The translations under genes and the position numbers were made by a program. 64,000 bases of DNA from Lama glama (taxonomy: Eukaryota), in assembly GCA_028534125.1 (NCBI GenBank), contig CM052818.1, forward strand, positions 31,436,001 through 31,500,000, in the 5' to 3' direction. The notes under the pieces were generated by a model that ran no database searches, was not told where the DNA came from, and worked only from the letters and a program-made list of their open reading frames with translations. Below are positions 1 through 12,254 of the stretch, one piece after another (the first letter of the stretch is position 1; the number at the start of each line of letters is the position of its first letter).

Positions 1-430
1 TGTATAATGAAGCCTCCCAAAAATCCAAAAGGATGGGATTCAGAGAACTTCGGGTTCATGAACACGTGGAGGTGTGGGCAGAGTGGCACCCTCAGACAGC
101 ATGGAAGCTCCACATCCTTTGTCTTTTGCTTCTCCTCCATCTGGCTGTTCTTGAGTTATATTCTTTTATAATAAACTGGTAATCTAGTAAGTAAAGTTTT
201 TCTCTGAGTTCTGTGAACCATTCCAGCAAATTAATCGAACCTGAGGAGGGGGTCATGGGAACTCCGATCTAGAGCCAGTTGCTCAGAAACACAAGTAGCA
301 ACCTGGACTAGTGATTAGCAACTGGCATCTGAAATGGGGGCGGCGGGGCTGTCTTGTGAGGCTGAGCCCCTAACCTGTGGGATCAGATGCTATCTTCAAG
401 TGGAGAGTGTCAGAATTAATTGCTTGATGG
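1..430 (+). mobile_element. MER21-like (ERVL-class) LTR, truncated by the window start
   Basis: Blocks tctctgagttctgtgaaccattccagcaaattaatcgaacctgaggagggggtcatgggaac and ctgagcccctaacctgtgggatc...gtgtcagaatt resemble the recalled MER21C consensus; AATAAA at ~170. Confidence 0.8.
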
Positions 431-2499
431 CTTGATAACCACATCAGACCCACCCTGATCCAATCACTATGTAAAAATGGGCAATTATTTTCCTTAAGCC
501 TCAATTTACTCTCTTGTGATGCTACTTGCTTTACTGTATTCACAACATCATTGTGAAGATAATGTATGCAAGGGTGCTTTCCATATTTGTGCATTGTGTA
601 GTTTTAAGAAATTTTTAGAAATCAAACATAGCAGTCATCCTAGCCAACTGCGTTTTCTAACAAAACTGGAAACAGGTGGATTAATGCAGAAACTGTGTGG
701 AGGCTGGCTGGGGGGTCCAAGTGGGAAGCAGATCCCCCTACTGCAGCGGAGTTAATTCTGCTCCCCTTAGTTGGAACCCAGCATGGCTATTCTTCCTGGG
801 GATCTTGAAGCCATGCTGGCTGCCCCATGTCCCTGCAGCTCGAGCAGGCCACCCTGCCTGGGTGGTCCTTGGTTGCCCTTGCTCCCAGCTCCCTGGTTCT
901 CAGCACAGTGTTGGCCCAAAGTAGATGCTCAGAGGATGAACGAATGATTATGCCTGGACTTCTGCCTCTAAGTGAAGTTTTAATGTGTGCCTGTCTTTTG
1001 CTTTGTCAGCTCTTTGGCCACCCATTTGATGGCTGTGGACTTGGTTTCCTGAAAGACGCATGAATCTGCTAGCTTCTCAGTTTGGATGTCCCCACCTACC
1101 ACATGGGAGAAGCATCTGCCTCACCACCCACAGCTCTGTGGGCCCCACACCAGCCAGGCCAGGCCTTGGCCCTCCATGAAGGGGTATTTGGAATTCAGAC
1201 AAAACATATGGTGTTTTTATTTATGTTTTTAAATAACTTGTTTTTCTTATTATTACAAAATAGCACATGTTCATTTGAAAAAAATTTGGAAAAACCAGGC
1301 AAGCAAAAATTAAGAAAGTACAAATCTTTCATAAATCCCTCAGTCTAAAGAATTGCTATTTAGTGTTCCTAGTGTTGGGTATGCAGTGCACACACATGTG
1401 CATGGACATACACTCACACGTATTTAGAAAAACGGGGTCATCCTGGACTTAGTGATTTGTAACCAGCTTTGTTCACATAACAATGTCTTGCTGACTTACA
1501 TGGTCATCTTGAACTATTATTTATCCCCACCCTCCAAAAATCCACTTCTGTTGTCATTAGTTGCTTACAGTTGTTTACAAAATGAACAACATAACTCAAA
1601 ATAACCCAAATCAGTTGGCAACATGGAGGTCTTTTCTAGTTAACTGATAATCTGTGCTTTGACCAGTGGTGTCTGCTTGGAGAGAAACCCTACATCCCAT
1701 AAAATGTTTGTTTCATCAAGAGCTCCAGGGCTCAGGCTATAATAGAAACAAAGAGTTTACTGAGCAGCCATAACCTTAAAATTGCTACAGTTTCTATGAA
1801 ACTGGAAAATTCCATCGCCACGGCCAATGTCAACAGCACAGGCAAGAAAGGAATGTAGGAATTCAAAGGAAGGGAAGAATTTGATTAAGAGAGGCTATGG
1901 GTAACTGGCAAAATTTCTCTGAAAATGACCAGAAGGTGCTGGCTTCCAGCATCAGCAACCAGAAATTAGATTATGGGCACTGACCCTCCCTGGAGCAAGT
2001 AAGGCAGCAGGCATGTATCACGTAATTGTGCCTAGGATAAATCTGGGCTAGCTTTCAGGTTCTGGCAGCGATGCAACTGGCTAACAGCTTCCTGGGAAGC
2101 CCCCCTACCCTACCCCCACCCCCCACCTTGAGGCCTGGTCCCCCGATTTACTCCTCTGCCAAGTGCCCACATGTGCACACCTCAGGGCACCTCCTATAAA
2201 AGCTACACCTCAGAATGAGAAGCATGATGGCTGGCGGAGGGGAGAGCGTGAAGGCTTGCGGGGCGAGTGATAGGAGTCAGACTGAGAGAGAAGAGAAGCG
2301 GTATCGCTCCCATTACGCAGCAAACAAGCAGAGGTTGCATTCAGGTACTTTCTAGGGTCATCCCCCTCACCAAGAGTACTGCAGAAGCCTCTGAATTGGG
2401 CTGCCTTGCTTCCTGATGCCATTTTTATGATCCATTCACGAAAATGCCACCTAGGGTAATGTTCATAATCTGTCTAACTATATCCATTCTTGTTTAAAA

Positions 2500-2786
2500 T
2501 GTTCTCTTCTGATATTTGCAAAAAGCAAATACTACCTGCACATTGTTTAAAAACTGAACAGAACCAAAAGATCCATGATGGAAAACATCAGTCACTTGTT
2601 CCTCCTCCCCACCACCCCTGCCCTAGCTCTGCCACCAGAGGCAACTACTTCTAACGCTTGGGGTTTTTGGGGGGGAATTATTCTGACATTTAGTTCCATA
2701 TTTCTAAATATTATTCTTTTATTGTTATTTCCTGACTCACCAATTTTAAACTTTATAACTGTCTCCTTTTTACATAGATGAGGATT
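2500..2786 (-). mobile_element. Ancient L1ME/HAL1-type 3' fragment (host of the nested stack)
   Basis: Pattern ...ccaccagaggcaactacttctaac... typical of old antisense L1ME/HAL1 ends; appears to resume after 5129. Confidence 0.5.
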
Positions 2787-2895
2787 ATTTTTTAATTTCG
2801 CAAACATTTTTCTGAGGTATCATGGACAAAGAATTAATTGCACATATTCAAAGTGTACGATTTGATAAATTTCAACATAGGTCCATCCATGAGAC

Positions 2896-3512
2896 TGGTG
2901 GAAGAAATTTTCACGTGCTGAGGTATGGGGAAGTCATTCTGGCTTATACATGATTTGGCTTGAATTTTATGCTGACTAGAACAGCCTGTCTTATGGCCTG
3001 TCAAATATAGATTGTACATCTGCTTTAACCATTAAAGAAAAGAATGCATCTGAAAATCAAAATAGAGTAATTGTGGTTCAGGCATTCAAAATGGAACCTG
3101 GTGGCCATTGCAGAAGCGGTTTCAGACATGTTCCTGATCACTGAGAACTTGAATTTTCCAAATTGTATCAAGCTGAAGGGCACCACCAAGGGTTTTGAAG
3201 ACAAAATCTGCTGGCAGCTACCAGCTGCAACCTTATGGTATTAAGGTTTCCCTTTGTAACTATGCAGTCATTTTGGATCCTAACTAATCCTTGCTTAACA
3301 AACCCCCTTATTTCTTACCAGCTCCAATCCTAATTCTTGACATACTACTTACGTAACTTTGTAGGTTCTGCCTATATAAGCCTCCCCTATTTCGTAGTCC
3401 ATCAGAACAAGTGCTTCTTGAATCTGCTCCCCAGCTATAGCCCTCAGTTTGGCTCAAATAAAACTCTTCTCTGTTTCTATTATAGATTGCATATTGATTA
3501 TTTGCATTAACA
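2896..3512 (+). mobile_element. Solo LTR, ERV1-type (617 bp)
   Basis: TG...CA termini, TATATAA 3373-3379, AATAAA 3457-3462, 4-bp TSD agac/aaac (2892-2895, 3513-3516); L1 sequence is continuous across it. Confidence 0.85.
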
Positions 3513-4290
3513 AAACCATTACCACAATCAAAATCATAAACATGTCCATCACTCCTAAAGTTTCCTCATGCCCCCTGTCCATCCCTTCCTCCGACTCCTT
3601 CTACCACTCCAAACTTCCACCTCCAAACCCACCATCTCCAGGAAACCACTGATCTGCTCTTTGTCCCTATTGAGTGGTTTGTGTTTCCTAGAGTTTTATA
3701 TAATAGAATCACATGGTATATAATCTTTATTTTTTTTTTGGTCTGGCGTATTCCATTCAGCATAGTGATTTTGAGATTCACCCATGTTGTTGATTGTGTC
3801 AATAGTTTACTCCTTTCTGTTACTGAGTAGTATCCCATTGTATGGGTATACCACAGTTTGTTTATCCATTTATCTGTCAAGGACATTTGGATTGTTTCCA
3901 GTTTGGGGCTGTTACAAAATAAAGTTGCTATGAAGATTCCTGTATAAGTCTCTGTACAAACATCTGCTTTCATTTCTAGTGAGTACATACCTAGGAGTGG
4001 AATACCTGAAATTTATGGTAGGTACACATTTAACTTTTTAAGAAACTGCCAAACTGTTTTCCAAAGCGGTTTTATCATATTGTATTCCCACCAACAGTGT
4101 GACAGTTCTAGTTCCCCCACATCTTGGCCAGCATTTGATAGGTCTATTTAATTTTAGCCATCCTGACGTAGTAGTACCCCATTGAGGTTTTAATTTGCAT
4201 TTCTCTAGTGGCAAATGATGTCAAATATCTTTTCATGTGCTTATTTGCCATTTTTTATCTTTCTTGGTGAAGCATCTGTTCAAATATTTT

Positions 4291-4401
4291 CTTTTTCTTT
4301 CTTTCTTTCTTTTTTTTTTTTTTTTGCAGGAGAAGGAAGGATTTATTATTACTTGCAGCAAGTAAGGAGAACATTGGGGATATTTCCCGAAACAGTATCT
4401 C
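4291..4401 (-). mobile_element. Short polyadenylated retrocopy, LTR R-region-like
   Basis: Minus strand: ~76 nt non-L1 body, AATAAA (plus TTTATT 4342-4347), 16 nt, then an A-rich tail; interrupts L1 ttcaaatattt|tgctcatttttt. Confidence 0.7.
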
Positions 4402-5379
4402 TTGCTCATTTTTTAAATTGGTCCCCCCCCATACTATTGAATTTGCAGTGTTTTTCATGTATTCTAGGTACAAACCCTTTATGCAATAAATGGTTTGCAA
4501 AGATCTTCTATGTGGTTTATCTTTTCATTCTTTTAACAGTATTTTTAGAAAGCAGAAGTTTTAAAATTTGATGAAGTTCAATTTATCAACTTGTGCTTTT
4601 AATGTTCTGTCTAAGAAACGTTTGCCTAACCCTAGTCTACAGTTTTTCTACTATGCATTCTACTATAGAAGTGTCATAATTTTACCTTTTACATTTAGGT
4701 CTGTGATCCATTTGAGTTATTATTTTTTGGCACATTGATATCCAGTTGTTCCAGCCTTATTTGTTGAATAGACTACCTTTTCTACACTGAATTCTGTCAG
4801 TAACTTTGTTCAAAAGCTGTTGGGGTCTATTTCTGGACTCTGTATTCTGTTCCATTGATCCATCCAACTATCTTTACACTAATGTCAAACTGATTTGATT
4901 ACTATAGCTTTATAGTTAGTCCTAAAATCAAGTAATATTAGTCATTTAACTCTGTCCCTTTTTCAAAGTTGTTTGGACTGTTCCATGTCCTTTGAATTTC
5001 CATTAAAATCAATTTGTCAATTTCTACAGACAATTCTGCTGTGATTTTGATTGGAATTACATTGAACCTGTACATCAATCTGGAAGAATCAACACCTTGA
5101 AATGTTAAGTCTTCTGACCCTTGAGGATTTTACATTTTTGCCTCTTTACTCCCTTCTGAACCTCCTAATTCTATTTTCAGTAATATCAATAATCAATCAG
5201 TATTTTACATAATTACACAGAACCAAGTAGTATACTAAAAAAAATGTTCTGAACAGCTCTATGGTTTTTCTTAAGTTTACAATTGCCTCATTTTTTATTT
5301 CTATACTTTTCCATAAACAAATTTCTAATTCTTTTTTTATAGTTCATCAAATAATCTAACTTGTTAACCATTCTATCAG

Positions 5380-5900
5380 ATCTGCTTCTGTTTTGATAAT
5401 CTCCTCTAAGAATCCTCCATTTTCCTGGATCAGAATAAGTCTACCACATAGCCTTCCCCCTGTGTTTTCTTTTGGCTACAGTTCTGGGGTGGACCTACTA
5501 TTTCCTGTGTCCTATGTTGCTTCTTTTTGGTTTACTTTTGAATTGGGTGGAGTACACCTTAATAGTAACTTCCTAACAAAAGGTATGTGGGAGGTAAGCT
5601 TTCTGAATGTTTGCAATTCCTCAATATATCTTTACTCTGCCTTCACACTTGCCTAGTTATAGAATTCTAGAATAAAAATAATTTTATCACCAAATCTTGA
5701 AAAATTTTTCATATTCTAGTTTCCCAGTTGGTGTTGATAAATCCAATGACATTCTGTGGGTCTTTTAAAATTCACTTTTTCTCCCAAGCTCAATGGGATA
5801 TTTTATTCTGGGCATTTATATTATTTAGTTCCAAGGAATTTTATTGCATTATTTGGTTAATAATTTCCTTCCTTTTAATTTATTTGTTCTCTTTTTACTG
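5380..5900 (-). mobile_element. Ancient HAL1/L1ME ORF1-region fragment
   Basis: ...cttcacacttg...tatagaattctag...ttctagtttcccagttggtgttgataaatccaatgacattctg resembles antisense old L1 ORF1. Confidence 0.6.
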
Positions 5901-5901
5901 G

Positions 5902-6129
5902 TAGTATTGCCAGATATAATACAGAATGTCTAGTTAAATTTGAATTCCAGATAATCAACAAATAATTTTTTAGTATAAATATGTTCTGTGTAATATTTTT
6001 AGTGTAACTATGTTTTTGTCAATATGTTTTGTAAAAACAGATTTATTGTAAATAATTATTTGTTGTTTATCTGAAATTCAAAATTAACTGGGCATCCTGT
6101 ATTGTTAGTTGCTAAATCTGGCCAACTTA
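5902..6129. mobile_element. MER53 palindromic MITE (hAT-like DNA transposon)
   Basis: Inverted arms ctagttaaatttgaattccagataatcaacaaataatt / taattatttgttgtttatctgaaattcaaaattaactgg; ends ttgccagat / atctggccaa match recalled MER53. Confidence 0.9.
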
Positions 6130-6339
6130 TTTACTAAAATTGTTATTATCAGATATTAATATCAGAATCTTGTTATCAGATTCATACTATCAGATCTGGC
6201 TGAAGTTCATTTTTTCCCTTATATTTTATTGTCTTCTTAAATTTTTCAAGTGTATGAAATATTTCATTAACTTTACTGCAAGGGAGATGGGTAGTTTGAC
6301 CTGGGGTGGGGTGGGGGGGAAGCGCTCCAATGTACAGAG

Positions 6340-6475
6340 GTAGTTTCTTCTTTTGTTTCTTTAGCCATTTTTTTCTTCCTTCCTTCCTTCTTTTTTTCCT
6401 TTCCTTTCTCCCTCTCCTCCTCCTCCTTTCCCTTCCACTCCCCCCCTCCCTCCATCTCCTTCTTTTTGGTTCTTT
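6340..6475. repeat. CT-rich low-complexity tract
   Basis: Near-pure pyrimidine run on the plus strand. Confidence 0.9.
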
Positions 6476-8689
6476 GGAGATGCCAGACTTAACAATGCTA
6501 TATTTGATTTAAAGGAAAAAAGAGAGAGCCAATTTCCTTGTTAATGAAGTCTATGTGGAACCTCTGAGGTTGCCACTATCCTTGAGGTTTTCAAAACACC
6601 TAACCCTGGAGATCACTTCCTGCAATCCAAAGTCACTCCTCCAAACAAGACAGGAGACTGAGACTGCGTAAAGTGACCTCCAGGGAGTCCTGGAAACAGA
6701 GACTTCTCATATTGAGAACAAGTTCTCTATGGAGTAGGTTTGAACATTCAAGCACACTATTGCTCCTTAAAGTTGTTGTACACAGGAAGGGTACCCCACA
6801 CACAGCACACAGAGACTCAGGAAGGAGAGAAGCATGTTTGGGGGCTGCCAACATTTACCATTACTTCAATTTGTTTTAGAGAAGTGGAAAGTTTCAGTCT
6901 GTCAGAACACCTTCATAGGGACAAGGAGACAGAATTGGAACGCTGAGTTCTGAAGTGATACAATTACTTCACAGATACTATCTGGTACTAAGCTCTTGGG
7001 ATCCAAGAGATGGTGTCAGATTGACAGGAGTAAATAGAAAAAGACAGGGTGGAACTCTTGAAGATTTCAGGTGTAAAAAACAAAAGCATCAGGCATTGCT
7101 TCTCAAAATCAGAGAGAAGACAGAATAAAAACAAGCTATGAAATTATCTGTCATTTGCACTGATATGTAAATAGCCAAACAGTTGTCTCCTGATTCATCA
7201 GACTCCGAAGCATACAAAAACAAAACCCAAAATAATCCTATCAGAGAGAATCTGAACATGAGACAGGACGCTGAACATTAACAGAAGCAATTCTACAAGC
7301 GATGAAGAGATGGAGGACTCAGATAACATGTGCAGGAGTGTTCTCTTTGCAAGACAGACAGCTCTGGCTCTAGATAAAGAAGACAGCGTGGTTACTGCCC
7401 GGGCTTGGCCATCGAGATAAAGGCTGGTGGGGACACAGGGAAATTACAAGCAAAATACTGAAGCTTATTGAGGGTCTCTGCCAGAAAGATTTGGAGCTCA
7501 GAAAATACAGAGCCTGTTACTCACATATCAGGGCCTGAGATGACAATGGCTTTGAAGGTTAGGTCTGAGGGGCAAGAGGAAAACTGGCACCAGCTGACCA
7601 TGGATTGGCCTAAGGGCAGGAAATGAAGGGGAGCAATAAAACCAAATGTTTCAAGGTAGGAAGAGATTGTTGGTGATGAACTGCCGGAAGGAGATTTGGA
7701 AGAGCAACATTTTATTACTTTCGGATGCTGACAGCCAATGTATCATGTCCAAGTTTCTGGGTTGTAGAGTAACAACAAAGGCAAAGCAATAATAAAGGAC
7801 AAAACAATTAAATAAAAAATACTTATTTTATTTAGTTACTACTATTGGCCGAGGCAGGTGTGCTGCCCAGCAAAGAAACGGAGACCAATGTGATGGAATA
7901 AATGGGGAAATGTGTGAACCAAATAGGAAATCCTATTACACAAAGCAGGACAGAGGAAGACAAGGGCTTAGAATGGGTAGTTTGAACAAGGAATAAGAAA
8001 ATTTTGTAAGACATTGGAAAATTGGAAGCATTCAGGGGTCTTGGTTCTTTTCCAGAAAAGAATGCTATTGTTCTTTATTGCTCTGTCTGTGAACACACAT
8101 GGGGGCTCATAAGCCAGGGATGACTCAGAGGACTCAGTGATAGTCCTGCCAAATGCCACAGAAGAATTCAGCTTCTGAGATCCCAAAGCTTTGTAGTTCC
8201 CATGCAAGGACATGGAGGAATCAACTCTAGTAGTGTGGAATTTTTAAATTGGCCTTTTTTATTCCTGGAAATTAAACTAGTGAGATTTCACACTGTCTTG
8301 AACTCTGCATGCATCTGACTTGGTGTTTTCTAGATTTTGACCCTCATGCCTTTTTCATTTAGGTTTTTGCCAGACCCCTGGCTAGATGCTGGACACGGTT
8401 TTCCTACACAAGCAGTAGACCCCATGCTTCTAAACCTGCCTTCCAGATTCTGCTCTCAGTAGCGCATTGCTGTCCTATTCCAGGATCTTCAATTCAGCAT
8501 CTCCAACAGCAGTGAATGTTTACCGGATCACCACCAGGTATAAGACCTTTCTCTTTGCACTCTGAGATAGGAGAAAAATTACTTAAGGCTGGGGAAAAAT
8601 ATATTTGCAAACAGATACTTCTTCCATGTTTCACAGGAAATCAAAGACCTCTTCCTCCTTTTGTCACCATCATCACCAGCATCACCATC

Positions 8690-8900
8690 CAAAGATATAT
8701 CGAGCACTTGTGGCTTGACTGGGCTAAGAGCTTTAACACATTATGTGATCTTTATCTCAGTACTATGAAGAAAGCACTCAATACTATGAAGAAGCACATC
8801 CCCATTGTACAGATGAGGAAACTGAGGTTTAGTTTGTCCAAGACAAAGCATCTGGGGAGGGCAGATCTGACAATCAGATCCTGAGCCTGCATTTATCCAT
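8690..8900 (-). mobile_element. MIR SINE with an internal ~21-bp duplication
   Basis: Core cccattgtacagatgaggaaactgagg; ctcagtactatgaagaaagca / ctcaatactatgaagaagca in tandem at ~8756-8796. Confidence 0.8.
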
Positions 8901-9117
8901 TAGGCTCACTACTGCTCATAATCTTCTACTTCTCCACATCTTATTTTTCTTAGAAAAAAAAAAGTTAGGAATTTCTCTACAGGCTTAAGATGGGTATACA
9001 GTAGATGCTCAATAAATGTTCAATTTAATTGAAACAAGGAAGACCTGAGCTCACTGGTGCTCACAGTTGCATTATAAATCCACCAGCCCCACAGATTCTG
9101 CCTTTGAGGGTTTTAAT

Positions 9118-9851
9118 ATATACATCTATTTTTTAAATTGAAGTGTAGTTGATTTGTGTTAATTTCTGGTATACAGCATAGAGATTCAGATATACATATA
9201 TATGTGTATTCCTTTTTATATTCTTTTTCATTATAGGCTATTACAAGGTATTGAATATAGTTCCCTTTGCTACACAGTAGGACCTTGTTGTTTATCTACT
9301 TTATATATAATAGTGTCTGCAAATCCCAAACTCCCAGTTTATCCCTCCCCATTCCTTTTCCCCTCTAGTAACCATAAGTTTTCTATGTCTGTGAGTCTGT
9401 CTCTGTTTTGTAGATAAATTCATTTGTGTCCTTTTTTTTAAGATTCCACATGTAAATGATATCCTGTGGTTTTTTTTTTTCCTCTTTCTGGCTTACTTCA
9501 CTTAGAATGACATTCTCCAGGTCCATCCATGTTGTTGCAAATGACATTATTTTTTAGGGCTGAGTAGTATTCCATTATATATATATACACAACATCTTCT
9601 TTATCCAATCATCTGTTGATGGACATTTAGGTCCATGTCTTGGCTATTGCAGAAGGTGTGGCTATGAACATTGGGGTGCATGTATCTTTTCCAATTAGAG
9701 TTTCCTCTGGATATATGCCCAGGAATGGGATTGCTGGATCATAGGGTAAGTCTATTTTCAGTTTTTCAAGGAATCTCCATACTGTTTTCCATAACGGCTG
9801 CACCAAACTGCATTCCCATCAACAGTGTAGGAGGGTTCCCTTGTCTCTACA
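9118..9851 (-). mobile_element. Lineage-specific L1, 5'-truncated
   Basis: ttttttaaattgaagtgtagttgattt 3' end; antisense ORF2 C-terminus; TSD-like gagggttttaat (9106-9117) / gaggcttttaat (9852-9863). Confidence 0.92.
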
Positions 9852-11017
9852 GAGGCTTTTAATCTTGATCACTTCCTCTTCAGCTTGTGTCCTACAATTA
9901 CCCAGCTAGTCTTGTGCTGTATAAAGCAACACTTCTCAAGCCTCAAGCCCTGACTGAGTGTGACCCACTGTGGGGAGAAGCATGAGGTAAATTTTCTCTA
10001 CTGGCAACTCAGTATTTTACCTGAAGCTGCAGAGGGAATGCTGAGGCTTGGATGCAAGAGGCCAGCTTGACTCGGTGTCCTGGCACCCTTAGTGATTGTT
10101 GTGGAAAAAGCTGAATCCAGAATGAACATCTGCCCAGGCTAGCCAGAGAGGAAACAGAGCTTTGGGTTCACTAATTAATAGCTTTTTCATCTGCATCAGA
10201 TGACTCCATCTTAGCACCGTGGCTTGAAGGCAGGAACCTCAGAGCCAGGATTCACTTTTTACACATTTCCTAGGTAGTGCTAATAGGTCGCTGTACCTGC
10301 CAGCGCAGGTCCCATCCTGTCTGGCTGGGGCTTTTAGAAGAAGAAGACCCCACATCTGTCTGGGCTGACTCAGGGCTAACTTATTCTTCCCTAAAGATGT
10401 GGGCATCAGACCTGGAGGCCTTTCTAGCCTATGAGTTTGGGGAGCGGGGCCCACACATGCTTCTCAGGGGAGCTCAGATGATCTCACCTGTGATGTACCA
10501 GAGTTCTATATTCTAGTGAAGGAGACTTACAATCACGTCTAGCTATGTAGCTTGTGGGGCTGCTTGTTCAAGCAGCAGGAAAAAGTGCTGTGAGAGGTAC
10601 AAAATTATCAAGTTTTTCCATGCTTTTTTTCCTGCAGTCTCCTTTTTGTCTTGTCATGGCCCTTTTTATTTACAATATCATGTCATTCCAAGAAAATGAT
10701 CATGTAAAAATTATCTGCATGAATTTTACCATTCATCTTTATATTGTGCAGTGTCATTTTTAAATGCAAGGGCATTTAACTCTCAGGTGTAATTGTGAAT
10801 TACATAATGCATATTTCATCGCTCATACTGTATATCTACTTAGGTTTTTTCCAGAACAGTGGAAATGATGCATAAAACTCATTCAACTGTTTTAATTTCA
10901 TTTTTCAATACATGACATTTTACCAACACTCTGTCTTCAGCTTACTGATGGGTGAGGAAGGACTAAAAGGAAAAAGAACTACCGGTTGCCCTATGAGTCC
11001 CTTTCCTTCTGTGTCAA

Positions 11018-11064
11018 TGTGTGTGTGTGTGTGTGTGCGTGTGTGTGTGTATGTGTGTGTGTGT
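11018..11064. repeat. (TG)n microsatellite, interrupted
   Basis: Direct reading. Confidence 0.95.
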
Positions 11065-11434
11065 AGGGCTGACAGTCCCCAGAGGCCACCCCCCAGAACT
11101 TGCTCTGAATGCAGAAACAAGGAAAGCTATCATAGCCTTTCCTCCTCATGTTACTTCCCTGCACTATATAAAGATTGGGTTGGAATGTGCCTTTCTAGAA
11201 GCATTGTATATTTTAAAAGAACCACAAAACCTTTGACCCTTTTTCTACTTTGTCTTTTCCATTATGCTTCCTCGTAAAAGAGAGCTCTGTAAGCCTTGCA
11301 GATGTTCATTAGAAAAGCTTAGACCCAGAATGTGTGCTCACTCCCGGGGCCCAGGGGTGTAGGAATTACAGAGTTCTCAATTAAACACAGTGTGTATTTG
11401 CCTTTGCGGCAACATCATTGGGGTAATTCTGGAG

Positions 11435-11605
11435 GATGTGTGCTGAAGTGTGTGGGTGGTGAGTGCGTGTTGTGTCTGGGTGAGGTTTAGATGGCGTGGG
11501 TGACATTTGTTTGTGTGTGTGTGTGTGGTATTCGTGGCACATGTTTTGTGTGTCTGTGTGATTTGTATGTAGGGTTTGTGGTGTGTTTGTCTATGTGTGC
11601 CATGT
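11435..11605. repeat. Degenerate TG-rich simple repeat
   Basis: Direct reading. Confidence 0.8.
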
Positions 11606-12238
11606 GAAATGAATACTAGTTTAAGTTTTCTCAGCAAACTTTTCCTCTGGGCTGGAGAGCACATATCTTGCTTTCCCCTGAAACGCCAGTCTGTCCTCAT
11701 GTTCCTCTAAGTAAAATAACATGCAGCCTTTTGTCATTCACAAACAAAACCCAGTGGTTTTTATCTGAGTCAAGTGCTCCCTGGGGCTTTGTTTTTTTTC
11801 CCTCCTCCTTCCTGTAAATCCATTTTATGCGTTGGAGTTAGAAGATGACATCTTGTTACATCATGTTAGACAGCACCATAATTTTTTCCAGCAAACCATT
11901 TCCAATCTGGTGAAGCAGACAGAACTGAACAAAGACAGACAACCCAGCATAAATAAAGGATCGGCTCATGGCCCTGCGGGACGGACTCAGAGGAGCTTTG
12001 TCCCCAGATCCCAGGCCGACTTGCCATTTTAAGTTTTAACTCTGAAGACTGGAATGGAGAAGCCTCTCTGGGCTCACAGTTCCCCTGCCGCGCAGTCTTC
12101 CTCCGCGGGAGGGGAGGATGCCTGCTGGGGGAGGGGTGCCCTATGCAGGGGGAGGGAGCAACCCTGAAAGGCTGATGCTTTGCCTGAGGTCCTTTCCATC
12201 CTACGCACAGGTCAGGCCTGTCTTTTGCTTTCTAGCTG

Positions 12239-12254
12239 CAGCTGCTATTTATAG
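12239..12254. promoter_or_regulatory. E-box CAGCTG abutting MEF2 site CTATTTATAG
   Basis: Exact motif matches; further CAGCTG at 12473 and 12635; function untested. Confidence 0.45.

Larger units (their letters stand above)
2787..5121 (-). mobile_element. 5'-truncated L1M (L1MB/L1MC-like) element interrupted by two later insertions
   Basis: Antisense L1 3'UTR and ORF2 end; ORF 3566..3988 contains KWINKLWYTHTMGYYS (ORF2 C-terminus); flanking direct repeat TGAGGATT at 2779-2786 and 5122-5129. Confidence 0.9.

Noticed and set aside
6147..6194. CRISPR-like repeat-spacer pattern
   Set aside because: Units are only 7 bp with 6-7 bp spacers, in a mammalian context with no cas genes
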